A DNA stretch of 64,000 nt from Gnetum montanum (GCA_015680685.1 MNCI01000520.1:164301-228300), one strand, 5' to 3'. Counted from the first letter of the stretch, positions 50,738 to 64,000 are shown. A program made the numbers and translations. Notes: generated from the sequence alone by a model not told the origin.

Positions 50738-53470
50738 GATGAGTATATACCTGATTTTACCTTTATCCTCCATTAGGATGAACAACTATGTTGGCGAGAC
50801 TTGCAAGGTAACATAGTGTTACCCCTAGATCATGTAGTCCCTAACATGCTCCTTCGTGCTCTTGCACAGATAGACATGACACAGCTATATGCTGAATACA
50901 TTGCATGTGATTATGACATAAGGGATTACCATCCCACAATAGCGCAATGTCAATGGGATGCATGATAGGAGAGTTACCACACATCGTTGAAGGGCAAAGG
51001 ACCCCATAATGCTTCGCCTATCATAGAAGAAATTAAGGGTGGTGAACCTATCTATATAGGTTCTCCACAAAATGATGTTCCCCCTCCTAATGATAGTGAA
51101 GAGGTGGTGTATCAAAACCTTCACTCCATGATACAAAACCCTAGTTCTGATGCCCATAAACACCAAGTGTTCAATGAGGGAACACAAACAAAAGATAAGG
51201 CAAGCATGCTAATCGTCATCACGATCAGGGTCGGGATCATCGAAGGGAAGGTAGAAAACATCATCATGGTAATGGTTCTCCTTTCTCTTCCCCTTCATCA
51301 CATCATTTACCCTCTCCTTCCACATCAGGACATAGTCACAAAGAGCCCAACCATGAGGATAAGGATAAGCATAATGAGAACCCTCAATGAGAGAGTCGAG
51401 AGTGAGGACGAGGGCATTCGAGAGAATCTAGACATGGAAGAAGGGAAAGTAGGGAACCATGTAGGCATCACATATGCCATGAAAGAAATGACAGTGATGA
51501 AGCCCTACTTGTCACCCAAATTATGTTAGAAATTACGGAGGATGTAAGGATACCTACAAGGCACTAGAAAGATAGTTGAATCAAGAGACTAGACATGAAT
51601 AATATCTCCATATTTGAGAGGGGATACAATGCTGATCCACAGAACCACTTATAGGAATTTCACGATGCTGTGCCTTGTAGAATATTGAAAATGAGTGTCA
51701 AAAATTAAATTTGTTCCCAAGGACACTCATAAAAGAAGCAAAAAGCTGGTACCAATCCTTAGAACTAGAAACCATTAGGAGATGGAGTACAATGCTAGAA
51801 CTATTCGACGATAAATATCAAACATACTCCAAAGTTTCCAACTTGTGGAAATAGATCCAAGATGGAAGTAGGGTAATCACGAACCCTTGGATGCTGCCAT
51901 GGGCCGATATTATGCACTGCTACATCGTTGCTCGGACCATGGTTATGCATAACGGGATCAACTCCACCACCTCGTAGATGGGCTAAGACATGAAACTAGG
52001 AGAACCCTTGGAACATATGCCTAGGGGAGATTATCTAAGCTTAGGTTCCATGAAGTTCATAGATTGTTGGAGCAAGTAGCTAAGGAAGAAGGAGAGCTAT
52101 GGAAAAGAGAAAGCATAGAAGAGTATAACTATGATCCTTCCCTCCGAAAGAAGGGAGTAAGATTCTGTGAGGAAGAGGATGAGTCGCCACTTGAAGAGAT
52201 GGTGATTAGAAAAACCTTGCCACTTTAAAAGTTAACAACTGAAGTGTTGGCTAAGGTAGATCTGTATGGCTATTACATGCAGTAGCTGGTTTCTCCAAGT
52301 GACTCTATGGATCATGTAACCCCACAACATCACTACCAAGTTTGGGAGTATTTAAGGACTCCCTCTCCTGGAAGAGACACTCCACATGCATACCATCCTC
52401 TGAATCCATCATATCTCTTACGTTGATAGTTTCACTATCACCCACTCCAATGATACAAGGGGAACTCCCCACTCAACCATAGCAACATAACTCTATGAGA
52501 GTTGTAAACCTTCAACCGACTTCTAGTTCTAACAACCGTATAAAGAGAAGACCCTTCTTTAGAACCAACAGTCCAAACAATCTCTCACAACCATAAGCGG
52601 TTGAGTCTATGACCACTCCTCCACCAAGTAAGGCTTCGGAGCTCCCTTCAAACTAACAACAAAGCTCAACGCACATGGTTATGTTAACACATACCATCAC
52701 TAACTAGATAAAGGTGGGCCACCTTCCAAGAAAAATCTCTAACCCTATAAGTCCCTTAATCTATCTCCAAGTCACTAGGAATGAACCACGTAAGGCTCTT
52801 CTTGACTCAAGTTCCAAAGTCAACTTAATATTGCAAGAAATGTATAAATCCTAGAACCTGCCTCCACTAAAGAAGAGAAATATTCAATTAGAGCTGGCTG
52901 ACCAGTCCATCATTGTTCCCCTGAGACTTGTGGAGGACATTGTTACCACTGTGTGTGGTTGGTCATACCCAGCTAACAATAATAATGAAGAGGGCATGGC
53001 TCAATACCATAAATGCATGTCTAGGAATCCACGATCTTTCCCTGGAAATATATAAGAAAAATATTTATGGAAAGATTGAGAAGAAGAAAGTTCCATGCAT
53101 CACATATAGTGATACAGAGGGTGATGACATATAGGAGTGCTCAGCATTTCTTATATGCAATCGGTGTGCCTAGGAAACTCAGATATGAAGGTGCCTATAT
53201 GTAGCAACCACACAATAAGAAAACACCTAGCGGTTTATAGAAAATAAGGAAAGTGACTCACTAATATGCATGGAACTAACTGGGGGAACAACTTGGAACC
53301 ACAATGAAAGCATAGATACATTGGAGTATGAGCATCGCCAACTTCCAACCCTTAATCTAAAAACATCAATTGGGAGAAGTTGGACACTTCTAAAAAATTC
53401 AAATAAGAGCTCATTATTTCGGATCTCTCCCTTTCAATTCAATCATGGGGGAGATGGCCACCTATGCTAA
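50738..53470 (+). pseudogene. gag-pro: gag-protease pseudogene of element B
   Basis: Homologous to A 14598-17690; ALLDSSSKVNLI protease site at about 52795-52830; internal deletion at about 52261. Confidence 0.85.
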
Positions 53471-53770
53471 TCCATTGAGGCCCTCAGTTCTTTTTAGGTT
53501 TTTTTTTGTTTTACACATTTTTGTTTTACAATTTCTTTAACTTTTCTTGTTTTTGTTTTACAACATCATTTATACTCTTTCATTTCTTTGTGTGTTTGAT
53601 TATTTTGTTTGATTCATCACTTAATAAGTGCTCCAAAGATGGTATGAACTGTATTCCATTAACTGCTAATGTTTGATTTTTACCTTTAAGTTATGATGTT
53701 GATACTAAGGTATGGTTCTTTTGATATAGAAGGAAATGAGTCCACTTCATCCATACAACCATAAAATTCT

Positions 53771-54520
53771 ATGGTCTCTCTTGGCTTGGAATTGTATAGT
53801 CCCTTTCTCAATAATAAGAACTATCAACAAATTGGTGACTGGGTATTTCTCAAACTAAGGAAGGACTCAAGGATTGAAAAGGGTATGACTTCAAGGGGAT
53901 TTGATGCACTTGTGCTGGCCATTCTCTTGGGTGCTTGGATTTTCTCTTCTTGATTTTTCTTACTATTTCAATGTTGCTTCATTTTTGGGAAGCTAAGCCA
54001 ATCAAAATTAAAATAACAAAGTCTTTGCATGGTGTGGTTCTCATGTATAAGCACACACAAAAAATAGTGAGAATTCAAAGCACACCCTTAGATGAAATAA
54101 TCATTTGGGTTACAAGCATTGGTTATGGAACTAAAATAGACATGTTCCCTCTAACTAAGGCCCTTCTCGCTTCCTACTATCTCCTCCTTCATTTCATCAG
54201 AATGGTGGTGGCTCTTTGGTGAAGAAATTCTTGTTACTTCAAGTGGATGGATGGACCGAATGTATTAATGCGAAGCCACTGAATGTGGTTTGTTTGATGC
54301 CAGATTTGGAATGGGATCTACTAAGTCACATTAACCATTAATACACAAGGGTCTGTACACCACCTTATTCTTGAGATTCCATTCCATTCTCTTCTCTCCA
54401 TTTTTCTCTTTGTTGATCACCTCATTGCCGGTTGTAACAGTAGTCCATATTTTGGTTGACGCATTGTTTTCTTTTTGGTAAATTCTTGTGGTTAAGAATT
54501 TAACTTTTGTTTCCAAATGA
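53771..54520 (+). pseudogene. Decayed extra ORF at the env-like position of element B
   Basis: ORFs 53771-53953 and 53935-54222 contain hydrophobic stretches; homologous to A 13700-14300. Confidence 0.4.
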
Positions 54521-56508
54521 CATTTCTAGAGCCTATGGACTCTTTAAATGTGGGAATATCAGGGCATAAAGGGCATGATTCTACTTTGGGGAGGACCCAC
54601 TGGCATTCCTCTTTGGCACAACAGTTAATTTCTTTCCCTTAAATATTTTTGCAATCAACCTTATTTTGTTCATTTCCATCTTGACATCCATTTCATCAAT
54701 GTTATAGTTGTTTGTTTTTCTTGATCTTTCTTATTCCTTTTCTTTCTTCATTCTATCACTACCAGAGGTTTGCTCTTAGTCATGGGGGTCCTAACCCAAT
54801 TTTTTCTATTTTCTTCTAACCCCTACATCTTCGGTAGTCATCAATATTATATCTCCAGAATCTGCAATCAGCCATACCACAACTCAGCCAATGGATCTTT
54901 CACAAAAGCAAGGTATCAACTACATTGTGATTTATTTACCCTTGCTAATATAAGACTATGTTATGTGTGCAGATGGTAATCATACAACAACAGATTGGAT
55001 CTGGAGGGAATACTTGGAATGGATCGGTGCTGAAGTAGTTATGCAAGGAACAAGATTGATGGCACACTTACAGATTGACAAAAAAAGGTGCAATATTGGC
55101 ATCGGTAGTAGCAAAATTCTTCTCTCTTCTCTCTTCTCTCTCAGCTGCCAAATAAGGCCTGATGTCAAATGTACAAAGTGTTCACTCTTGTTGTCATGAA
55201 CACCAGGTTTGTCATGTTTTGTAATGATGATCTATTCACATATCATCCCATTCACCATTAGTTTCATTCAAGTCAATAATCCCATACCTTCCCAATATTT
55301 TGTAAGGAACTTGAGGACAAGTTTTCATTTAGTCATGGGGTATGATGGGACGTAATATCGCATGGGCCGTGATATCGCGTACATGATATCGCGTCAGAAG
55401 CTACGATATCACGTACGTGATATCGCAGCCCATTGCCAATTTTATAAATAAGAGGTGGCTCTCCCTTATTTCACCATCTAGATCTAGTCCTTAGCCAAAC
55501 TCTTGCCATTTTTCCATTCTAGAGTTAGAATAATTTCCATGTGCCCGCAGTAGGAGTCCCAAAGTGAATGAATCTTTATTCAAGAAATTTTGTACCTGAG
55601 CACACAATTGTGTACGAAAATAAAGATGAAATTTTGGATAAACCTTGCAGTATATGGACTAAGCTAAATATGAATTTATTTATTGTTAATTTTTTAAATG
55701 ATTTCTTAAGGACTTAATCTCTCTCAACCCTCAACTCTCATAGTTAAGTGCATTCAGTATGACTGCTTCGAGCATGTGTGTTACGCTTGGTAATCCTAGT
55801 AACGAATAGTGTTTGGTAACCCCAGCAGCGTTGCATTAGTTCAAGGTGTGAAACAGCAAGTGGGAACAGATACTGATGTTAGGGTAATTAAGTCTTAGTT
55901 AGTTAAAGTTAGTTACTTAGTCTCTTCATTCTTTCCTCTCTTAGCATAGGTGATAAAAGAGAAAAGATATAAAAATCACATACCTCAAACTCACTTAACC
56001 ATACAACCATGACAAATACAAGTGAGTTTGGGAGGAAAATGACTAATTAACCTTAGATGTTCCATAAGGCGTGTAGGTTCTTAGTCTGTGGAGTTCGATT
56101 GGATCGCGCATGTAATACTCGTATTCGTATGGTTGAGTGTAGGGATACCTTTCCACTCATCACTTGGAAAAGAAGCATTTTCCTCAACTAAATCCCTTGG
56201 AATTCTCATCTAAGGTAGGATCCTCTTCCATTAGAATCCTTAGCTTAAGGGTTTCTACACTTCCATGGCTAGCTTATCCTTCCTCTTCATCTACTCTATC
56301 TCCAACTAGTTGTGAAACTTCTTCATCTAAACCTTTACACTAATTTCATCCAATAGCCCAACCATCATCTATAAGGTAGACATCATTCTCTTCATGTCTT
56401 TATTCAATGCCTAAACTTGTTTCTTCTTAGGTTCCATCTGAAATTGACAAAATCCTTAAGTAGGTTCCAAGCAACAATTAACACAAAACCAATCTTCAAT
56501 ACCAATAA

Positions 56509-57495
56509 TGCTAGAGTAGGTTCACTTCACTAATTGATCACCTTCAAATATACTAAACCTAGATATTATGCAAAGACAAAAACTTTTAAATAGAAAACAA
56601 GAAAGCCTAACTATCTTCAATTATTTAATTATAAGATTACAATTAGGTTCTAAAAACCCACAAACATCCAAAACCTTTTACATTCAATGATATTGTAGAG
56701 CATGAGGCTCTACAACCACACAATGGATGTTATCAATGTAAGACATAACTAATAGAGAGATTCTTGCATAACTCAAGAATGATATCTCAACTTAGAAGAA
56801 AGACTACAACACATAGGTCTACATAATTGACCTTGAAGTTGCATACTCTATGCTCTTACTCAATGTCCTTTTCCACATATTGTTCAAGCTCTCACTAACT
56901 TAAGAACTCTCATTGATCATACTCATATCATAGCTCTCTCTCTCTCTCTCTCACATGGAATCAAAAATTGTGAATTACATCAATATTTATGAACAACAAG
57001 GAGATAAGAAATCTAGAAACCTTCCCTCAACTCAACTTGATATTCTTTAGATGTTTCCATGGTCTTCTCACCTTTTTCCTGGTTATTTTCATCATTTTCC
57101 AACTTACCCTGGTTTTTTCCTAAATTGTGATAAGAAATTTTGGAAGTTTCCCTGGTTCTACAGGTCATCTCTAGCCTTGGTAAGATATCTCCTAAAAAAA
57201 TAAGCTTTGATAAAGACATTTGATATTTTTGGAAGATGTCTCCTCCTAGGGCAAGGCATCTTGCTTGAGACATCTCCTGGTTTGAGGAAACATCTTCTCA
57301 TAGGATAAGACATCTCCTCTTAGTAGTCTTACATTTAGCTAAGACATATCCTCTGAAGTGAAGATGTCTTCCACACAATTCTAGCTAGTAGACAAGAATC
57401 TCCTTGATCTTCAAAACATCTCCATATATCATAAAACTTGTAAAACACACAAGTAGAAAAGAACAAAGGAAATCAAAAGAGGTGTTCCTACACCA
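56509..57495 (-). repeat. 5' LTR of element C
   Basis: Starts (on -) TGGTGTAGGAACACC, like the D LTR start; colinear with 40545-41589. Confidence 0.85.
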
Positions 57496-57759
57496 AGTTA
57501 GAAGATATAATTCCTTGAATGTCATTAATTGGGCCCTAAAATCCACATATCATTCTTCGTGTCTTAGTGTGTCAAGAACCCTCTAGATCTTACTTCTTAT
57601 TGAAACTTGAAATGCCATCATCCTACATGCATAACCATCAAAATATTATGTTCATAGGAGGATTTTATTATGATAATGACCTTAATATCAAGGCTTTCTA
57701 TAATTCTAAGAGTATGATTTTCCATGATCATAGCATAGTTGTCATAGGATTTACTTATT

Positions 57760-59800
57760 AAGAATATCATTTCTTCATAGCATGGTTGCCATATTTTTTA
57801 CATTTTTTCAGATATTAGAGTAATAAGGTAGTCATGGTATGGTCAACATCTAATGTTTTCTAGTAGCTAGTTTTCTTAAATAGTTCAATAACAAGATCAT
57901 TGAGTAGTCATCGTATGATCACTCTACTATTGCTAAGCATCATTTTGGTATTTTTTTTGTTCTTTATTAATAGTATTTCTTAATTTGATGCTCTTCATAT
58001 GAGAAAAATCTAAGCTCATTCTTTAAATGATCAAATCCTTGCTTCATTGCACAACCACAATATGATGTTTTCTAAGACTAGGATTACTACAATAATTCAA
58101 TACTAGGATACTGATATGGTAGAATGATAAGATCATCACGTGGCTGTCATATGGTGATTCTAGTACAAATTTTTTGGTCATTGAATGTAAAAAGACAAGG
58201 TCATAAGATATATGACATTTAAAGATTTATAGAATGGTTGTCATATGATGGTTCTTCTACTACTAAGCATCACTCTACTATACTAATTTCCTTCATATAC
58301 TAAATTCATAGCTACCCTATGAGAACAATCCAAGATCATCCATTAATTTTAGTATTACTCATATTCTTTTAACAAGATACCATAGCACATCCATGGTATG
58401 ATGCTACCTAGGATTAAGATTCCTAAAATTGTTAACAATTAGAAGATCAAGATCATCCTTTAAATTTTGTATTACTTCTAATATTTGAGACTACAAATAG
58501 AACATCACAGCATGGTAGCATAGTTTAGGATAAGAGGACTGAGAGCATTAAGAAATCTATATAGCAGGCATGAACACATAATGGAGATACCTTTGTAAGG
58601 ATCATTGCATAGGTATCGTATGATGGGTTCTCTACATTTATTTCTTTCAAGTATTGATAATCTATAAAAAATGACACTTAAGAAGTGCTACTAATCCTTC
58701 AATGATCCAATGAGAATAAGACAAGATAATTGGACAACCTGTGAACAGCATATCATAGCATAACCATGATATGATGTTGTCCAAGATTAGGATTCATAAA
58801 ATAGTAAAGGACCAAGGGAACAAGATCTTCCTTTAAATTTATTATTACTTATAATATTTGAGACTATGAACAAGACATCATATTGTATTCATGATATGAT
58901 GCTTAATATGATATGGATTACTAAAATAGTTCAAGATAATGGAATCGAGATCATAAATAATTCTACACATGAAGCATGACTACATAGTTAAGATACCTTT
59001 ACAAGGATCATCGCATGGGTGTCTTATAATGGATTTTCTACATATATTTCTTTCAAGTCCTCATATTTATAAAAAATGATACACTTAAAAAGTGCTAATG
59101 TTCCTTTGGTGGTCCAAAGAGAATAATATGCTATTATAGGATACACTATGAACAATAAATCATAGCACATCCACAATATCATGTTCTCTAGGATCATGAT
59201 TCCTAAAAAAATTAAGGATTAGGGAATCAAGATCATCCATCAAATTCTGTATTACTCATATTATTCACGACTATGAATAAGACATAATAGCATGGCCAAT
59301 GTATGATGCTTCATATGATAATTCCTCTACTACAAAGCATTGCTCTAGCAAAAATGTTGAGGGAGTTTTAGAAGGATATTCACATGGGCATCATATAAAG
59401 GATCCTCTACCACTAAGAATTTCTCTAGCAAAAAAGTTGATGGAGTTTTGCAAGGATCATTTTGTAGTTTTCATATGATAGTTTCTCTACTACAAAGCAT
59501 CACTCTAACAAAAATTTTAAGGAAGTTTTAGAAGAATCATCACTCGGGCATCATATGAAATTTTCTCTACTACTAAGCATCACTCTAGAAAAAATGTTGA
59601 GGAATGTTTGCAAGGATCATCATGAAATCATCATATGATGGTTCCTCTACCACTAAGCACCACTATAGCAAAAAATTTAAGGAACGTTTACAAGGATCAT
59701 CATGCGGTTTTTTTATGATGGTTCTTCTACTACAAAGCATCATTCTAGAAAAAACATTGAGGATGTTTTACAAGGATCATTGCACGATCATCATCTCTAG
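57760..59800. repeat. Degenerate tandem repeat region; clearest part is a unit of about 63 bp at 59310-59800
   Basis: Recurrent AAGGATCAT...TATGATGGTTCCTCTACTACTAAGCATCACTCTAGCAAAAAATGTTGAGG; longer duplicated blocks at about 58330-59300. Confidence 0.8.
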
Positions 59801-60449
59801 TAAGGTGGACCACATAAAGTACATGTATAATATGTGCTAGTGATTTGGGATACCAAGTCTTCTATCCTTAGTATAGTTTTGTCTATGATTAAGTGAGGAA
59901 ATTTATAGCCATGATTAGATTGGTACATCATAACATGTTTAATAGCCAAGATAGAATTTCAGCATAGGTACACCCAAGACATGTTTAATAGTCAACATGA
60001 AATCCTAGATTCTCCAAAATAAATTTTGCATGCAATATGAGACCAACTTTGAATACTTAGTTTTCAATAATTGATGGACCTAAATACCAAAAGGAATAAG
60101 AGCATATGAGCTTTTATAATTCAAGCTTCTTGTAATAACATAATCTATATTATTTAGTGTTTTTACACCTTCATTAGTAAAAAATTTAAATGAAGGTTAA
60201 TTTAATAGTGCATGTCCACAGTGCCCATGAAGGTTAGAAGTCCATTAGGAAGATGATATTTGGACAATAAACTTTGTCCTTGTCAATATTCAACACTACT
60301 TTAGTTAATCTAAAATTAAACTAACTCATTGATGTAACCTCAAATTAAATTCTAGGTTATTTCCAAGTTAAATGATCGATAGTAATCCTACATGTTCAAT
60401 AGAAGTGACTCCTTAAGATTATATAATGAAATGATAGTAATGAAATTGA

Positions 60450-61543
60450 CTAGAATGAGAAATGGACACAGCCAAGAAGGGCATTTTCAAATCATGATCT
60501 CTAGTAAAAGAGAATTTACTCCCAATTTTCGAGTAGCTAGAATAGAATGGATGAATTATTTATGTTATCTAGTAAAGAAAAAAAATTCCATACTATAGGA
60601 ATAACTCCATATCGAACAAGGAATGATGACTAAAAACATATAAATTAAAGACTTTTGTGCATTTATAAATAAAAAGACAATTATGTTTGGTTAAGCTTCA
60701 TCTAATTTATGGTGTCTAGTAATGAGTGTTACTCCATCCCCATTGTGCATAGCTCTACCCATTACAAATAACTTCTAATCATGATCAATGGGAAGCTAGA
60801 GTCACCCTACCCCACACCTAAGTCTCATTTCATTTATCATGAATCATTTTTTGAAACTAAAACTTAAATTATATCTATATATTATTTATCATGAATCATT
60901 TTTTGAAATGAAAATTTAAATTGTATCTATATATGATTCAAGAATCTTTAATAATGAGAAATACCTTTTAAAAAGCACTAAAATCATTTTATCTAGTAGA
61001 TAAAATAATTTCATACCATAGAAATAATCATACTCATCAATTTTTTGATGATTGGTTTTTTATCTAGTAGATAAAAATAATTCCATACCATAGGAAAAAT
61101 CCCACATCAAAAAAGAAATGACTAATAACATAATATGGATGAAAAAATTTTCTACATTAAGAAATGGAATGAGAGGTGGGTTTGGTTAAACTCCATCCAA
61201 ATCATGATCTCTAGTAATGGGTGTTACATCATCCCCATTACAAAAAGCTCCAAATCATTATCTCTAGTAAGATGAAGTCATACTGCACCTCACCCAAGTC
61301 TCATTTCATTTATCATGTATCATGTAATTCATTTTTCTAGGAAACAATTACATATCATAGGACTAATTCCATATCAAACAAGAGATAACCAATAACGTAA
61401 TATAAATGAAAAGATTTTCTATATTGAGAAATGGAATGAGAACTAGGTTTCGTTAAGCTCCATCCAGTTCATGGTCTCTAGTAATGGGTATTACTCAATC
61501 CCAATTGCAAATGGTTATAAACCATGATCTCTAGTAAGGTGGA
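60450..61543. repeat. Degenerate tandem repeat with long units and the motif ATCATGATCTCTAGTAA
   Basis: Homologous blocks begin at about 60690, 61184 and 61452; local duplications at 60830-60930 and 60988-61095. Confidence 0.7.
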
Positions 61544-62294
61544 TGTAACATCCCCATTCCCAAATGGTGCTACTGCATAATGAAAATGGTGCCTCTTCAT
61601 AACAAGTGTTATTGTTATTGTAACAATACCTAAAAGGGTGTGTTGTAATTGAGACCCAAAAGGATGCATTGTAATAATGAACATGTCTATCAAGGTGATC
61701 TTCGGGGGTTTGACCTAAGGCATTTATACTTGGGCTTAGAGGTCGTGCTAGCATGGAGTGGTGGAGCTAATAAAGATAAGTCACAAGTGTCAGGTGAAGC
61801 AGCATAGGAAGAGGACTGGCCATTTCTTTTGCTCGATTGTAAGCCTAATCGTGGTGGTAGTGTTGGATTGCCTCTAAGGGATAGATGTCAAAGGAAAAAC
61901 ACCCCAAGGAACACTCCCAAAGCATGATCCAACTACTCTATTCTACATCAATAAAACATTTTTCTCTTTTTCCTTCTACATTTTCCCTATTATTTCCTTT
62001 ATGCAAAATGTTGAATGTTACATATATTTGACATTTTTTATATTACCTTCTTACACATAATGTCTAATATAATGTATATTTGATGTTTGCATGACATCCA
62101 AGAATGGGATGTCACATTTGGTATTGACCAAACCACAATCCAAGGGCCATTCAGAACCATGGGCTGACTACAACCTAATGATGAACCATAGAGCCATGAT
62201 CAAGGAAGAGTCATGGACCACCACTAGATGCACCACATGTCCTAAGCACCTAACACTTATAACTTGGCATTATTCATCTCTCCTAAGACCTATG
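61544..62294 (+). mobile_element. G2: 5' LTR (61544-62116), Met-type PBS and start of the internal region, interrupted by F
   Basis: Inverted termini TGTAACATCC...GGATGTCACA, followed by TGGTATTGACC at 62119; same LTR family as solo LTR G1. Confidence 0.8.
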
Positions 62295-64000
62295 TGAAAC
62301 ACCCTAAATTTTCAAGGCATTCTTGCTTCATCGGGTCCTTGGAATTCAGGAAACATCATGACAGTTTGGCAGAAAACGAACACTCTGAGTTTAGACTGTC
62401 CAGTTCGGAAAATTTTCTACTTCTAGTGTTGACAGGTCCAACAGACTCACTGGCTTGCCCACCTGGGTAGTTCATCCAGCTGATAGTCTATTCAGAAGCA
62501 ATGCGTGGGGTTGTCGGTGATGCTCAGGCTGCAAAAAACAGTTCGGCAAGTTCTCTAGTCAAGAAGTTTGCTACGCTATGTAGTGTAGTAGGCCTCAGAA
62601 GATAGTGGTAGGATGAAGTGCTACGCTACATAGCGTAGCACAGCATAGAAAAAGCAAGGCAGAAAGGCCCAGCTTACTTAGTGATTCCAATTGCACTGAG
62701 CAAACACTTCCGGCCTTCAAAACTAGTTGCTTTGCTTAACTTCAAGTCCTTTGGCAAAGCTTCTCTTACTAGAAAAGTAGCAGATCAAGAAAAAAAGTAG
62801 GCTATGATGGCTGCTATGCTACATAGCATAGCACAACATAACAATGATGCAAAAACAAGAGAGGTGTCTTAGGATGCAGGATCAGCAAGTTCGCAAGCTT
62901 CATGTCACAAAGGGCAAAGGTTGCAAATTGTCAGCATGATTTTCAAACCAACGTTCGAAATGCAAATTGTAGCTAAGGTTGGCTGCTACGCTATGCTACG
63001 CTACATGTAGAGTTAGCCAAAACACTTCGAAGGCTTCCAGCACTTGCAATTAACTCCATCGCAGATTTCTCCTTCGAACTGGTGATTACGTTATGCTACA
63101 CTACATAGCATAGCACAGCATAGCAAGTAGATACGCTACGCTAAACATGCTATGCTACACAGTGTAGCAAGCAGCTACGCTAACATGGCTACACTCCTCA
63201 TCGTAGCACGGTGTAGCAAGTGGTTGGACGTAGCATGGTGTAGTCACCAGCTACACTACGCTAACATGGCTACGCTCCATAATGTAGTGGGTGGCTACAC
63301 TACATTGGTGCTCTTCACTCCTTATCTGCATTGATGGCACACCTAATCCCAACGTCTCTAGTTCTGACAGCATAATTGCAGCACGGCAGGCTCGTCAATC
63401 AGCTTTGCATGTTTATGTAGCACGAACACGTCAACATTTGGCGGGCCCAAGACACGCAGTGTCCAAACCATAATTTTTTCTTGCTCCTAGCCCTGTAAAT
63501 ACCCCGATGAGCAATGCTCAAAGGGTTGGCAAATTTTGGCATTAGTTAGCAAAAATTGGCTCGGTTGGCAATTTTGAGCAGCTTTGCACACAGTTGGGAA
63601 TTTCAAGCATTGTTGGCATTTTTTGTTGGCAATTCAAAAACCTATTAGCAAAACAATTCCCATTCCCATTTTGCATCCTATTAGCTCTTTTCCATTGTCT
63701 TTGTAGCACTTTGCATTGTTAGCTTGTGAATCTGTGTTCAAGCATACAGTTGGCTTGCTTTGAATGTATTTGGTTACTCTCGGGATCTCTGTGCTTCCCA
63801 ACATCGTGCAACCAATTGTATCCACTCCGAATCCACTCCGATAAAGTAAAGCCATAGCTTTGAAAGAGGTGCATTTCTTAACCCCAGTTTACTTTTTTTT
63901 TCTATTTATCATTACATTTTACATCGTTTTCGTTCCTCGCATATAATAGTCGATATTTTACACTATAAACATTTTTTTCGAGTTACACATTTACAAAAGG
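62295..64000 (+). mobile_element. F: LTR related to the element E family, running off the window end
   Basis: Starts TGAAACACCCTAAATTTT (E: TGAAACACCACTAATTTT); GCTACGCTA/TAGCATAG repeats; CCTGTAAATACCC...AAGGGTTGGC block matches the E TATA region. There is no PPT upstream, so it is a 5' or solo LTR. Confidence 0.75.

Larger units (their letters stand above)
49700..56162 (+). mobile_element. Element B: second non-autonomous Athila-like copy (same family as A), inserted in the gag of C
   Basis: Exact TSD CTTGG (49695-49699, 56163-56167); LTRs at 49700-50464 and 55343-56162; PBS TGGCACCGTTGCCAGGGA (50466-50483); PPT AGTCATGGGGTA; interior colinear with A. Confidence 0.92.
40545..57495 (-). mobile_element. 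Element C: decayed chromovirus (CRM-like) Ty3/gypsy retrotransposon, interrupted by D and B
   Basis: LTRs at 40545-41589 and 56509-57495; degenerate Met-type PBS (TGGTATTGAAGA) at 56493-56504; PPT AAGGGTGGAAGAG; CRM-like RT SISPCAVLVVLVPKKD..WRMCIDSR. TSD not cleanly recognisable. Confidence 0.85.

Overview
This is AT-rich eukaryotic DNA, almost certainly plant heterochromatin (inferred from the retrotransposon lineages and plant tRNA-type primer binding sites). No intact host gene, RNA gene or CRISPR array is visible. The window is a nest of decayed LTR retrotransposons whose insertion order can be read from LTR pairs, PBS/PPT signals and target-site duplications (TSDs). In order: (1) an old Athila-like fragment (1-2950, -); (2) an old small two-LTR element (4966-8222); (3) a solo LTR G1 (11582-19006, TSD AAGTT) interrupted by non-autonomous Athila-like element A (11997-18894, -, TSD AGTCT); (4) a 19.9-kb Tat/Ogre-like element E (20081-39942, +); (5) a CRM-like chromovirus C (40545-57495, -) interrupted by its non-autonomous relative D (42603-46348, +) and by a second Athila-like copy B (49700-56162, +, TSD CTTGG); (6) degenerate tandem arrays (57760-61540); (7) a 5' LTR plus PBS (G2, 61544-62116) whose internal region is interrupted by an E-related LTR F that runs off the window. 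The most interesting structure is in E. Its pol is split between protease and RT by about 6 kb that ends in a canonical splice acceptor. This interval holds an antisense, apparently multi-exon gene with its own TATA box and tandem ACGT repeats, encoding Cys/His zinc-finger-like and plant-mobile-domain-like segments, and it is bracketed by the same repeat motif found in E's 3' UTR. All domain calls come from motif recognition by eye, not database searches.
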